DNA of 64,000 nucleotides from the IMG/VR virus record IMGVR_UViG_3300020165_002937. The stretch is one strand, 5' to 3'. The stretch's first letter is position 1. Every line of letters starts with the position of its first letter. Below, in pieces: positions 21,226-29,857 of the stretch. The stretch is from a virus. Both the position numbers and the translations under genes were made by a program. The notes beneath the pieces were generated by a model, which was given only the letters and a program-made list of their open reading frames with translations, was not told where the DNA came from and searched no databases.

Positions 21226-22620
21226 GTGAAAATCAAAAAGTTAGAACTTACGGAGATTATTAAAGAAGAAATCAATAAATTTATCACTGAAGATGATTTT
21301 GATGATTACATGCAGTCGATCACGACAACGTCTAAGGCCGCCCAACGCACCCAAGGCGCCGCAAACAAAGCAACTGCACCTATGAGGGCAACTCGCCAAT
21401 TCCTAATTAACGAATGTGGAAATCAAAAGATACTCCGCGCTATGTTCGGACACGAGAATGAGCGAGATATTGATTTTAATCTTGCTGAAAAAGATTGGCC
21501 AGAATATGGACCTGTATCGGAACAGGCTGAAGATTTTTATTTCGCTGTCAGTAATCTCGTTACCGACTGGGTTGGTGATGACGAGTATGATGGTCGCTAC
21601 AATCCCAATACCACATTTCAATATTTAGCTCCAACGCGCGCAAGGTCGTCTTATGGTTCAATGATTGTGAACTCGGACGGTAACGGCCCACTGCTTGTCA
21701 AATGTAAGCTTACAATAGACAAATACATCGGACTAAACCCGGATTCTGGACTCAAGCCGCTTGAAGAAAGACAGCCAAATTTATATACAGAAGGAATTGC
21801 TAAAATGAAGATTAGAAGGTCACAACTTGAAGATATTATCAAAGAAGAAGTATCAGCCATGGTAGAGGAGTTTGGAGACGACTCACCCTTCCGAATGCGC
21901 GACATGGTGCCACCAAAGGTTCGTGGAAAATTTAAAGATACATTTACCAAGATACCCCACCCCGGACGCGCGCACTTGATGGGTAAAGAAAGAAGACCTA
22001 ACGCTCAAGAAAAAGCTGCATGGAAAGCAGCCGGTGGCTATCTTAGTGTATTCGATAAGCCGGCGATAGCTCAATTTCTTGAAGACGCAGGACTGTATGA
22101 CCCCGAATTCGGGACCAGCTCTCTCGAAAAATATATGGATAATGTAAAATACGCTATCAAGGGTGATCGCTTGGGCCGCCAAATTAACTCTCTCGTCGAT
22201 GCACTGGCGTTGGCTAATAAGACAGGCTCTCGACGCGGCCACTTAAAAACCGCCAAGAAAAAATCCAATAAGCCGCCACAATTTACAAGAGAGTCGATTG
22301 AACGAATCACCAAAGAAGAGCTTTCGAGTGTGCTCCATGAGCGCTCTAAAAGTTTCACATATAAAGTTATCGAAGATGAATTTGATGGCGGACCAAAGGT
22401 AGAAGTCGAGGGAATTGATAAAACTTTTGAGCAAATGATAGAGGAATTAGAAGGCAAAACCTTAGACTTTGGTGACGAACCACCCTTTAAATTTAGTATC
22501 GATTTGTTTGATGGTGAGCCATGGAAGATGATCGTCAACGGCCAGGCACCGGCATATATTGAAATGTGGGCAGAAATGAACGGATTCGAAGCAGAGGAAA
22601 CCGGAAAGGCATATTACTAA
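21226..22620 (+). CDS. hypothetical modular protein with three copies of the IIKEE leader (putative internal head protein)
   Basis: MKIKKLELTEIIKEE at the start, MKIRRSQLEDIIKEE at 21805, FTRESIERITKEE at 22282; SD AGGAG before GTG. Confidence 0.65.
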   Translation: MKIKKLELTEIIKEEINKFITEDDFDDYMQSITTTSKAAQRTQGAANKATAPMRATRQFLINECGNQKILRAMFGHENERDIDFNLAEKDWPEYGPVSEQAEDFYFAVSNLVTDWVGDDEYDGRYNPNTTFQYLAPTRARSSYGSMIVNSDGNGPLLVKCKLTIDKYIGLNPDSGLKPLEERQPNLYTEGIAKMKIRRSQLEDIIKEEVSAMVEEFGDDSPFRMRDMVPPKVRGKFKDTFTKIPHPGRAHLMGKERRPNAQEKAAWKAAGGYLSVFDKPAIAQFLEDAGLYDPEFGTSSLEKYMDNVKYAIKGDRLGRQINSLVDALALANKTGSRRGHLKTAKKKSNKPPQFTRESIERITKEELSSVLHERSKSFTYKVIEDEFDGGPKVEVEGIDKTFEQMIEELEGKTLDFGDEPPFKFSIDLFDGEPWKMIVNGQAPAYIEMWAEMNGFEAEETGKAYY

Positions 22621-22621
22621 A

Positions 22622-23260
22622 ATGAAACTGTTAATAGAAAATTGGAACAAGTTTTTGAACGAGAAACAAAATGCCGCATCGATGGTAGCTTCCGCTTTTC
22701 AGAATACAGATCCGAAATATCTAGAAGACACTCTGTCGACCCGCACAGCCGGCCCCGGCGCCGCTGGTAGCACTTTTTCCGGTCCAACTTCTATCCAAGA
22801 TTTAATACAAGCCGGTTGGCAACCACACCCTCATCCGGCAATAAACACATCTATTGGAGCCATTGGGTTTAAGGCCGCAATTCCCGGTGTGTTAGGAATC
22901 GCTGATATTGACGAAGCACCAGACGAAGTTGTGTTTCAACCAGCACACGGTGGCAAAGCAATGACTAAAGAGCCAAATCCGCAAACTGGTGAACCAGAAG
23001 TTTTGGCAGAGGTTGTTGCAGATATTCCTGCTGCGGCCCGTGAAGTCAGGCACACAACTTTAATCATTGGGCCATCTAGAGAAGATAAAGAAAAACTGCA
23101 AGTTTGGACTTTTCACCCCGGTGATCCAACGCCGCAACTTCCCGAAATAACAATGCGAGAAGTTAAAGAAAGATACAACACTACCGAAGATCGCATTCGT
23201 GGCAGTAAACAAGATGCTGTTGATATGGGATACGGCTTTGTAAAGCACGGTAAAATTTAA
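22622..23260 (+). CDS. hypothetical protein with MKLLIENWNKFLNE leader (putative internal head protein)
   Basis: 212 aa; leader shared with 24411..24848; C-terminal HTTLIIGP...VWTFHPGDP. Confidence 0.65.
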   Translation: MKLLIENWNKFLNEKQNAASMVASAFQNTDPKYLEDTLSTRTAGPGAAGSTFSGPTSIQDLIQAGWQPHPHPAINTSIGAIGFKAAIPGVLGIADIDEAPDEVVFQPAHGGKAMTKEPNPQTGEPEVLAEVVADIPAAAREVRHTTLIIGPSREDKEKLQVWTFHPGDPTPQLPEITMREVKERYNTTEDRIRGSKQDAVDMGYGFVKHGKI

Positions 23261-23271
23261 GGAAACTAACA

Positions 23272-24414
23272 ATGTCAGACGAAAAAGAAGATAAAAACGA
23301 ATTTGATTTTCTGCCTCCCGCAGAACCACCTCCCGCGTTTGCGCAGGAAAAAGACAGTTACCACGAAGAAGTAGATGCAGAAGATTTCGGTATGGTTGAA
23401 GACTTCGGATTACAGATGGAATACTCTGATGAAGATTTACTCCCCGAGAATACAGCACCCTCATCTATCAATGTTGGTTTTGTCGGTGTCGGCGGTGGAG
23501 GCAATAAAATGGCTAATGCTTTTATTGAGCTTGGCTTCAACAAAACATTGCTTGTCAATACAACAGGCAAAGACATTCCAAAGAATGTCGAAGAGGACCA
23601 CGTTGTCCTTATCCCCGATTCTGATGGAATCGGCAAGAACACTGAATATGGAAAAGAGGTTTTAAGTCAAAATGGCGCGATTGTTGAAGATGCCCTGCGT
23701 ATCAAACTCGGTAAAGTTGATTGGTTATTCGTCCTTGCTGGCGGCGGCGGCGGTACCGGTAGTAGTGTTACCGCTCTGCATCCTGTCTTTGAGCGTTACA
23801 TGCGCTCTGTGCAATCGAGTGGCAAGGTCGTTTACATAGTCTCTTGGCCAACAGCACAAGAAAATCTTAACCCCACAATCGCTCGTAATGCGTTGACGCT
23901 GGCAAATGACGTCACCAAGTATCCGCATATCATTTTAGACAATGAACGAGCCACACGATTACTGCGCGGCCGCATTGGCATGCTTGGCATGTACCCAGTC
24001 GCCAACACAACTTTTGCTAAGTCACTTGCCCAAGTGTTAAAGCTCTCCACCGAGGATTCACCGATTCAATCTTTTGACAGCAAGGATTTGGAAACATGTT
24101 TGGGCAATGACGGTCGTGCCTTCTTAGGCTCAACTATGATAAAGGATCCAAATACTGCTAAGCTTGGATCGGTGATTCTCCATAACTGTATGAATAGGTC
24201 AGCGTGCCCCCCACCGAAAGGTAAGGCCGCGGCAGGTTCATTGGTTTTGGTAGTCTCGGAAGAGATGGTGGCTGACCCTAAAGTCAGTAAGAATATTGAG
24301 TCGGCAATCGCTTATGTCGGCGGTCGATGCGAGACACTTTTCTCTGGCGTTTACGTCCGAAAGAATGTGCCTGGATTGATTGCGATACTAAGTATGAATG
24401 GATTAGCGACATGA
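23272..24414 (+). CDS. tubulin/FtsZ-family GTPase (phage PhuZ/TubZ-like)
   Basis: GVGGGGNK, DGIGKN, signature AGGGGGTGS, LDNE and T7-loop-like SFDSKD; ~65-aa acidic N-terminal extension. Confidence 0.9.
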   Translation: MSDEKEDKNEFDFLPPAEPPPAFAQEKDSYHEEVDAEDFGMVEDFGLQMEYSDEDLLPENTAPSSINVGFVGVGGGGNKMANAFIELGFNKTLLVNTTGKDIPKNVEEDHVVLIPDSDGIGKNTEYGKEVLSQNGAIVEDALRIKLGKVDWLFVLAGGGGGTGSSVTALHPVFERYMRSVQSSGKVVYIVSWPTAQENLNPTIARNALTLANDVTKYPHIILDNERATRLLRGRIGMLGMYPVANTTFAKSLAQVLKLSTEDSPIQSFDSKDLETCLGNDGRAFLGSTMIKDPNTAKLGSVILHNCMNRSACPPPKGKAAAGSLVLVVSEEMVADPKVSKNIESAIAYVGGRCETLFSGVYVRKNVPGLIAILSMNGLAT

Positions 24415-24848
24415 AACAACTATTTGAAAATTGGAACAGGTATTTGAAAGAAGATGAGCAGCAATCGCTAGCGATTGACATGTCTCCTGCGCGCTCGCCT
24501 GAAGAAGTAGCGGAATTAAAATTTAATACATTCCTTGAAAAACACGGCGATGAACTTAAGCAAGAATTTGAAGATTCAATCGATGGACCTGAAGCTTCAG
24601 GAACATTCGGCTATATGGAAGAAATTTTCGATGATTATTTTCTTCGATCCGCCGGCGATTATCACAAAGATGAGGCGTATAGAAAACTGATTCAAGTCAT
24701 TGATCATGAAATCAACGACTTTTACAGTTATATGGAAAAAGGACGAACCACTTTTGACAAGGGTTTGAAATTTTTATTTATGAGAGTATTAGAAGCGCAT
24801 GATGAATTGAACTGGGACAAAACAAATAAAATACCAACAGAAAACTAA
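24411..24848 (+). CDS. cassette gene 1: acidic hypothetical protein with MKQLFENWNRYLKE leader
   Basis: ATG overlaps the tubulin TGA (ATGA); the stop TAA lies inside repeat copy 2. The ORF-track start 24327 is judged too early. Confidence 0.7.
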   Translation: MKQLFENWNRYLKEDEQQSLAIDMSPARSPEEVAELKFNTFLEKHGDELKQEFEDSIDGPEASGTFGYMEEIFDDYFLRSAGDYHKDEAYRKLIQVIDHEINDFYSYMEKGRTTFDKGLKFLFMRVLEAHDELNWDKTNKIPTEN

Positions 24849-24877
24849 GTATGAATGGATTAGCAACATAGGAGATT

Positions 24878-25120
24878 ATGATGAAAATTACAAAACAACA
24901 GCTTAAACAAATTATCAAAGAAGAATTAGCCGAGGTAGGTCAATATGGATTAGGGGTGCCGGGAGGTTCCACAAGTTCCGTAGCAGATCCACACACCGCC
25001 GCAATAGAAGCTCTTGCAGATTACATACGCAACAGACTACCGTACAGAGAAGATCAAAAGCTTTTAGAACTTTTACAAACTGCTGAAGAAGCGGTTATTG
25101 ACTTTGAGAACGAACTATAA
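24878..25120 (+). CDS. cassette gene 2: hypothetical protein with MKITKQQLKQIIKEE leader
   Basis: SD AGGAG at 24870; the stop TAA lies inside repeat copy 3. Confidence 0.75.
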   Translation: MMKITKQQLKQIIKEELAEVGQYGLGVPGGSTSSVADPHTAAIEALADYIRNRLPYREDQKLLELLQTAEEAVIDFENEL

Positions 25121-25139
25121 GTATGAATGGATTAGCAAC

Positions 25140-25373
25140 ATGAAGATTACAAAACAACAACTTAAACAGATTATTAAGGAAGAGATAGAAGGACTACCGG
25201 AAGCCGGCAGCTTTACGCGCCGATCTACAATCACCAAAATCATCCGCGACGAAATCATCGGTCTTATGGAGGATCAGGGGTTTTTCGAGATGGGGGCGAT
25301 TCCGCAATCCGTTATTAAAGCTGTTGAAAATACCTCCTTACGTATCGCCGACACAGTGGAAGGAATGGATTAA
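25140..25373 (+). CDS. cassette gene 3: hypothetical protein with MKITKQQLKQIIKEE leader
   Basis: ATG at the end of repeat copy 3; stop inside copy 4. Confidence 0.7.
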   Translation: MKITKQQLKQIIKEEIEGLPEAGSFTRRSTITKIIRDEIIGLMEDQGFFEMGAIPQSVIKAVENTSLRIADTVEGMD

Positions 25374-25377
25374 CAAC

Positions 25378-25791
25378 ATGAAGATTACAAAACAACAACT
25401 TAAGCAGATTATTAAGGAAGAGTTAAAGGATTACACGCGCGGCGAAGCCCGCAGTCCTGAAATTCAGATCCCGGGCTATGGCATTATGACTGTTGAGGGG
25501 GTTAAAAGAAAATTAGCTGTTATGTTACAAGAGGCTGCCGATGATGCAACCAAAGACCCACCAAGCTACTCGCACCTCAATGGCGGCGTCATCCAGGCGC
25601 TCCACCAAGCATTAAGAGATCACTATCAAAATTCCGAAGAATCCCTTGAAGAAAAGATCAAGGAAGTTGAAGGTGGATATAAGGCGACCACTAAGAGCGG
25701 TAGACCATTATCAAAAAAGCCAAAGACAAAGAAAGGCGCTCAAGCCCAACTCGCAGCAGTGGAGATATCAAAAGCCAAGAGAGGTAAGTGA
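25378..25791 (+). CDS. cassette gene 4: MKITKQQLKQIIKEE leader plus basic C-terminal module
   Basis: ATG at the end of repeat copy 4; Lys-rich C-terminus after SLEE. Confidence 0.7.
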   Translation: MKITKQQLKQIIKEELKDYTRGEARSPEIQIPGYGIMTVEGVKRKLAVMLQEAADDATKDPPSYSHLNGGVIQALHQALRDHYQNSEESLEEKIKEVEGGYKATTKSGRPLSKKPKTKKGAQAQLAAVEISKAKRGK

Positions 25792-25991
25792 TGGCAGCTG
25801 CAACAAAAGCTTTCGTGGATACATGGTTGGCAAAACTTACTTCCCGCAAGCTGATGGTGTGGCTTACAGCGACCGGCCTAACCTTTACGGGGCATGTTAC
25901 TAGCGAAGACTGGGTGTTAATCTCCGCTATATATATTGGGGGCCAAACTGTTATTGATGGGTTGGCTCGTTTAAAAGGGTACAATGATTAA
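25791..25991 (+). CDS. putative holin
   Basis: 66 aa with two hydrophobic segments after SRKL; SD GAGG; precedes spanin-like genes. Confidence 0.55.
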   Translation: MAAATKAFVDTWLAKLTSRKLMVWLTATGLTFTGHVTSEDWVLISAIYIGGQTVIDGLARLKGYND

Positions 25992-26367
25992 ACAAAAGAT
26001 ACTAGAATTTACTCTGAAGAATTGGAAGGCAATACTAATAGTGTTGCTTTTGGCTGTTATAGCCCTCAAGAATACACGCGATTATAGGCTGATGCAAGAT
26101 GCCTATGAGACCCAACTAGAATCCCATGAAGCACAAATTGAAGGCTTGAAAGAAATACATAAGCAAGAAATTCGTGAAAAACAAAAACTAATGGAAGAAC
26201 ACATGGAGTCAATAGCAGCAATCGAAGAAGATTATGAGAATGCCCTTGAAATGATTCAACAATTGAGAGAGGATAAAAAGGGCGAATATAGAAATAAATT
26301 CAATCAAGATAGAGAGCAGCTAATTAAAGACATAGAAAGCCGATTTGGTATTCAATATGCTCCTTAA
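25984..26367 (+). CDS. putative inner-membrane spanin-like protein
   Basis: Single N-terminal TM (AILIVLLLAVIAL) followed by a long coiled coil; overlaps the holin-like gene. Confidence 0.5.
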   Translation: MIKQKILEFTLKNWKAILIVLLLAVIALKNTRDYRLMQDAYETQLESHEAQIEGLKEIHKQEIREKQKLMEEHMESIAAIEEDYENALEMIQQLREDKKGEYRNKFNQDREQLIKDIESRFGIQYAP

Positions 26368-26773
26368 ACTGCTTTTAGTGCTTAGTCTTTCAGCGAATGC
26401 AGTTGAGCCGGCCAAGTTTACCATCTTGGAATATAAGGCGCCAGCACCATTCGCAGGAGTTTTGTTCGACGAAAAGGCCATGGCTAAAATGCTGGCAGAT
26501 TATGATATATACAAGTATTCATGCGATATAAAAACTGATTATCAATTAAAGATCCAAAGAGAAGAATATGACTTTAAGTTGAAAAACTTAAAAATAGAAC
26601 ATAAATCCTTAACAGATGAGTATGATTTGTTTATAATGCAGAAGGATAAAGAAATTAATCTTTTATCTAGCGCCTTAAAAAAAACCTCCCCCCGCCACAA
26701 ATGGTTGTATTTTGCTGGTGGAATCCTCATTGGCACTGCCGCCTCGTATGGCGCTTATAAGACTCTACAATGA
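26357..26773 (+). CDS. exported coiled-coil protein with C-terminal TM (possible spanin partner)
   Basis: Signal peptide MLLKLLLVLSLSANA, coiled coil, and C-terminal hydrophobic WLYFAGGILIGTAASYGAY. Confidence 0.5.
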   Translation: MLLKLLLVLSLSANAVEPAKFTILEYKAPAPFAGVLFDEKAMAKMLADYDIYKYSCDIKTDYQLKIQREEYDFKLKNLKIEHKSLTDEYDLFIMQKDKEINLLSSALKKTSPRHKWLYFAGGILIGTAASYGAYKTLQ

Positions 26774-27162
26774 CCAACAAAAATTTAAATAAAATAGCAG
26801 CTATAGAAAAAGCCATCAGCGAAAAGTATGGAGATGAAGCAATTCAAAATCCTCACACAAATTGGTCAGAGGAAAAAGAGAAAATGTATTTAGAACAGCT
26901 AGGTGTGTTTTATAGTAAAAGTCGCAAGTCCGATGCTTGGGAAGAAAAAATAGACATTGATGGCGTTAAAGTGTCAAAAAAACTACTTAGTAGAGAATCT
27001 TTAGCAAATTGTCCTGTCTGCGGAAATCTTCCTAAGAAATCACTGGATGATGTGTGTCTTGTAAAATTTGAATGTTGCAGTTATTGTTACTACAAATATG
27101 TTGAAGACAGAGAAAAAAGATGGTCAACCGGTTGGCGCCCCGAAATTAAAAAGGATAAATAA
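26770..27162 (+). CDS. hypothetical Cys-rich (putative Zn-binding) protein
   Basis: CPVC...C...CCSYC; ATGA overlap with the upstream gene. Confidence 0.65.
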   Translation: MTNKNLNKIAAIEKAISEKYGDEAIQNPHTNWSEEKEKMYLEQLGVFYSKSRKSDAWEEKIDIDGVKVSKKLLSRESLANCPVCGNLPKKSLDDVCLVKFECCSYCYYKYVEDREKRWSTGWRPEIKKDK

Positions 27163-27166
27163 AAAA

Positions 27167-27712
27167 ATGGCTACAGTATATGAAATTATTCAAGGTCTCT
27201 CGCAAGCAGCAGCAAATGCTTATGACGGAGCTTTAAACGAAGAAGGTGAGTCTGTGTTAGCCGGCTTGAACCGGGAGGATGGAAATCCCCTTATTGATCG
27301 CCGGGTAATAGATGGATTTAATGTCAGGTTTTTCGGAAACAAAATGATTCTGGCATATCATTCGGAGACCAAATTAAAAGAAGTCTACAGGGGCGGCTTT
27401 GAAGATAATATTGACAGTACGTTAAACGATGTAGCCTCTTTTTTAAAGAAAGAATATAAAAAGATTACTAAAAATGGTGTCTCACTGAAGCAGGAAGGTG
27501 AGACCGATATTCGTGTGGAAGCCACCAGCCGAGTAAGAACTTGGGTGACAGCCGTTCGCACTTATATCATTGAGGATGTGAGTACCGAAACAACAGTTCC
27601 TCAATATTCCTCTGATTCTTTGCAAGATGGATACAAAAAGTTTCTTGAACTTGGCGACTGGAAGGGTAAGCGCCCCGACAACGATACGCGAACTAAGAAC
27701 GGCGATCAATAA
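27167..27712 (+). CDS. hypothetical protein
   Basis: Likely start MATVYEIIQG at 27167 (AAGGA upstream); in frame with the ORF-track call. Confidence 0.65.
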   Translation: MATVYEIIQGLSQAAANAYDGALNEEGESVLAGLNREDGNPLIDRRVIDGFNVRFFGNKMILAYHSETKLKEVYRGGFEDNIDSTLNDVASFLKKEYKKITKNGVSLKQEGETDIRVEATSRVRTWVTAVRTYIIEDVSTETTVPQYSSDSLQDGYKKFLELGDWKGKRPDNDTRTKNGDQ

Positions 27713-27714
27713 TA

Positions 27715-28263
27715 ATGAAAATTTCTAAGCAAGAATTGAGACGCATTGTCTTAGAAGAGTTTATGTTAGAAGAGGGTATCGAGACAGAGGCCCTTTCTCC
27801 CGAAAAATTTGATCAGATGATGAAGAATATCAAAAGTAATCGTAAAGGTAGTAGGCCAATTCCGCCTCCACCAGAAGTACCCCGACCAAAAGGAAAAGGT
27901 CTCCCCCACGAAGATACAATGCCTATGGATATCCCAGCAGACGATGCCCCAGAAAGTGAATATTCCGGCTTCCAAGATCGCCCGGGCGCACATCTAGAAG
28001 ATCAGATATTCTCCCTAATAAAAGGTATGTCACCGGAGGACGTCCAGGGGTTATTCCAGGATGTGTTTGAAATGTTGCCTGGGATTGAAATGCAGCAACA
28101 AGAGCCCGACGCAAAACCTTCTACGGAATATGGCGGCGAAGAATTTGAACTCCGTCAACGACAAGGTAGAATTGCCGGTATCAGAGAGGTACTTGAACTT
28201 GGTGACCTGATGGCCCTTATTCGCGAAGTGATCAAAGAGGAAGATAACCTTAAAAATGTATGA
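27715..28263 (+). CDS. hypothetical protein with MKISKQELRRIVLEE leader
   Basis: Leader family motif, plus a second copy-like LIREVIKEE near the C-terminus; overlaps the terminase start. Confidence 0.65.
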   Translation: MKISKQELRRIVLEEFMLEEGIETEALSPEKFDQMMKNIKSNRKGSRPIPPPPEVPRPKGKGLPHEDTMPMDIPADDAPESEYSGFQDRPGAHLEDQIFSLIKGMSPEDVQGLFQDVFEMLPGIEMQQQEPDAKPSTEYGGEEFELRQRQGRIAGIREVLELGDLMALIREVIKEEDNLKNV

Positions 28264-29843
28264 GCTTTCAACTAGACAAAAAACAAAAGGTCAAAGAAAT
28301 ATTAAAATGCGGTAAAGACCCATCTTATTTTTTGAAGACATACGCCCGTATATCCCACCCGATGCACGGGTTAATTCTTTTCGACACATATGAGTTTCAA
28401 GATGACCTATTGAAAGACTTCAATGATTACCGGTTCAATGTTATCCTTAAGGCAAGGCAGCTAGGGATTTCAACGATTACGGCCGGGTATGTTGTTTGGA
28501 TGATGTTATTCCATCGGGATAAAGCCATCTTAGTTATGGCCACAAAGTTTGCAACAGCAGGAAACTTAGTTAAAAAAGTCAAGAACATCATGAGAAACCT
28601 TCCTGACTGGCTTAAGATTGCGACCATTAGTGTCGACAACCGGACTTCTTTTGAGCTGTCGAATGGATCTTCGATAAAAGCCACTTCCACCTCTGGCGAT
28701 GCCGGCCGTTCTGAGGCTCTGTCGTTGTTGGTGCTTGATGAGGCCGCCCACATTGATGGTCTAGAAGAACTGTGGACCGGCCTGTATCCTACGCTATCTA
28801 CCGGTGGCCGCTGCATTGCCCTTTCAACTCCAAATGGGGTAGGTAACTGGTTTCACAAGACGTGCACCGACGCCGATGCATCCGCGAATAATTTTAATTT
28901 AACTACGTTACCTTGGGATGTGCACCCAGATAGAGATGAAGAGTGGTACAAGAAAGAAACCAGAAATATGTCGAAACGGCAAATTGCTCAAGAGTTACAG
29001 TGCAATTTCAATACTTCTGGTGAGACTGTTGTAGATCCCGAGTGTCTGGAGTGGTTATTTTCTGGTGTAAAAGAGCCCAAGTATCGAACCGGATTCGATA
29101 GAAATTTCTGGATCTGGGAAGAGTATGACCCGACATGCAATTATTTGTTAGTTGCCGATGTTGCCCGCGGCGATGGTGCTGATTACTCCACATTTCATGT
29201 TATAAAATTAGAAACCTTAGAAGCGGTGGCCGAATATCAGGGCAAGCCAGCCCTGGATATGTATGCGACAATACTTAATCAAGCCGGCCACGAGTTTGGC
29301 AACGCGTTGTTAGTCGTAGAAAACAACAATATTGGGTATTCGGTCTTAAATAAACTAATAGAGTTGGCATATCCTAATTTGTATTACTCCATAAAAACTT
29401 CTCATGAATTTGTAGAGCAACATCAAGCAGAATATCTTTCAAATTCGGTTCCAGGATTCACTACATCTATGAAGACGCGCCCATTAATAGTTGCCAAGTT
29501 GGAAGAGTTTATCAGAAATAAACTAATTACCATATATTCTTCTCGTTTAACTAACGAGATGAAGACCTTTATTTGGAAAAACGGAAAACCACAGGCTATG
29601 AAAGGCTACCATGATGATCTCATCATGGCGCTAGCAATCGCTTGTTGGGTGAGAGATACCGCAATACAAAACAGCGCCCGTGAGTTAAATTATAAAATGG
29701 CATATGCAAATTCAATTGTTACCTCTAAAACTTCCTTTAATACACAAATTAAAGGTCAAGAGGGCTACAAAAAAGATAATATATTTGATAAAATATCGGA
29801 AGCTAAGAATATGTATGACCAATACAAGTGGATTATTAAATAA
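28260..29843 (+). CDS. terminase large subunit (T4 gp17-like)
   Basis: Walker A KARQLGIST, Walker B LLVLDEAAH, STPNG, nuclease ADVARG and HDDLIMA. Confidence 0.95.
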   Translation: MSFQLDKKQKVKEILKCGKDPSYFLKTYARISHPMHGLILFDTYEFQDDLLKDFNDYRFNVILKARQLGISTITAGYVVWMMLFHRDKAILVMATKFATAGNLVKKVKNIMRNLPDWLKIATISVDNRTSFELSNGSSIKATSTSGDAGRSEALSLLVLDEAAHIDGLEELWTGLYPTLSTGGRCIALSTPNGVGNWFHKTCTDADASANNFNLTTLPWDVHPDRDEEWYKKETRNMSKRQIAQELQCNFNTSGETVVDPECLEWLFSGVKEPKYRTGFDRNFWIWEEYDPTCNYLLVADVARGDGADYSTFHVIKLETLEAVAEYQGKPALDMYATILNQAGHEFGNALLVVENNNIGYSVLNKLIELAYPNLYYSIKTSHEFVEQHQAEYLSNSVPGFTTSMKTRPLIVAKLEEFIRNKLITIYSSRLTNEMKTFIWKNGKPQAMKGYHDDLIMALAIACWVRDTAIQNSARELNYKMAYANSIVTSKTSFNTQIKGQEGYKKDNIFDKISEAKNMYDQYKWIIK

Positions 29844-29857
29844 TAAGAGAGAAGAAG

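Larger units (their letters stand above)
24387..25422 (+). repeat. four dispersed direct repeats of the tubulin 3' end separating small gene cassettes
   Basis: ACTAAGTATGAATGGATTAGC(G/A)ACAT at 24387 and 24844; TAAGTATGAATGGATTAGCAACATG at 25118; degenerate GAATGGATTAACAACATG at 25363. Copies 2-4 are followed by ~45 bp of near-identical DNA encoding MKITKQQLKQIIKEE. Confidence 0.9.

Noticed and set aside
23272-24414. Phage-nucleus (chimallin/PhuZ) system or host ftsZ/dcw cluster
   Set aside because: No chimallin-like or multisubunit RNA polymerase gene and no cell-division neighbours in the window; the head genes are T4-like. Cannot be excluded for the rest of the genome.
24387-25422. CRISPR array interpretation of the 26-bp direct repeats
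   Set aside because: Spacing is 240-460 bp and each interval is a whole gene. The repeat is not palindromic, is coding sequence of the tubulin gene, and no cas genes are present.
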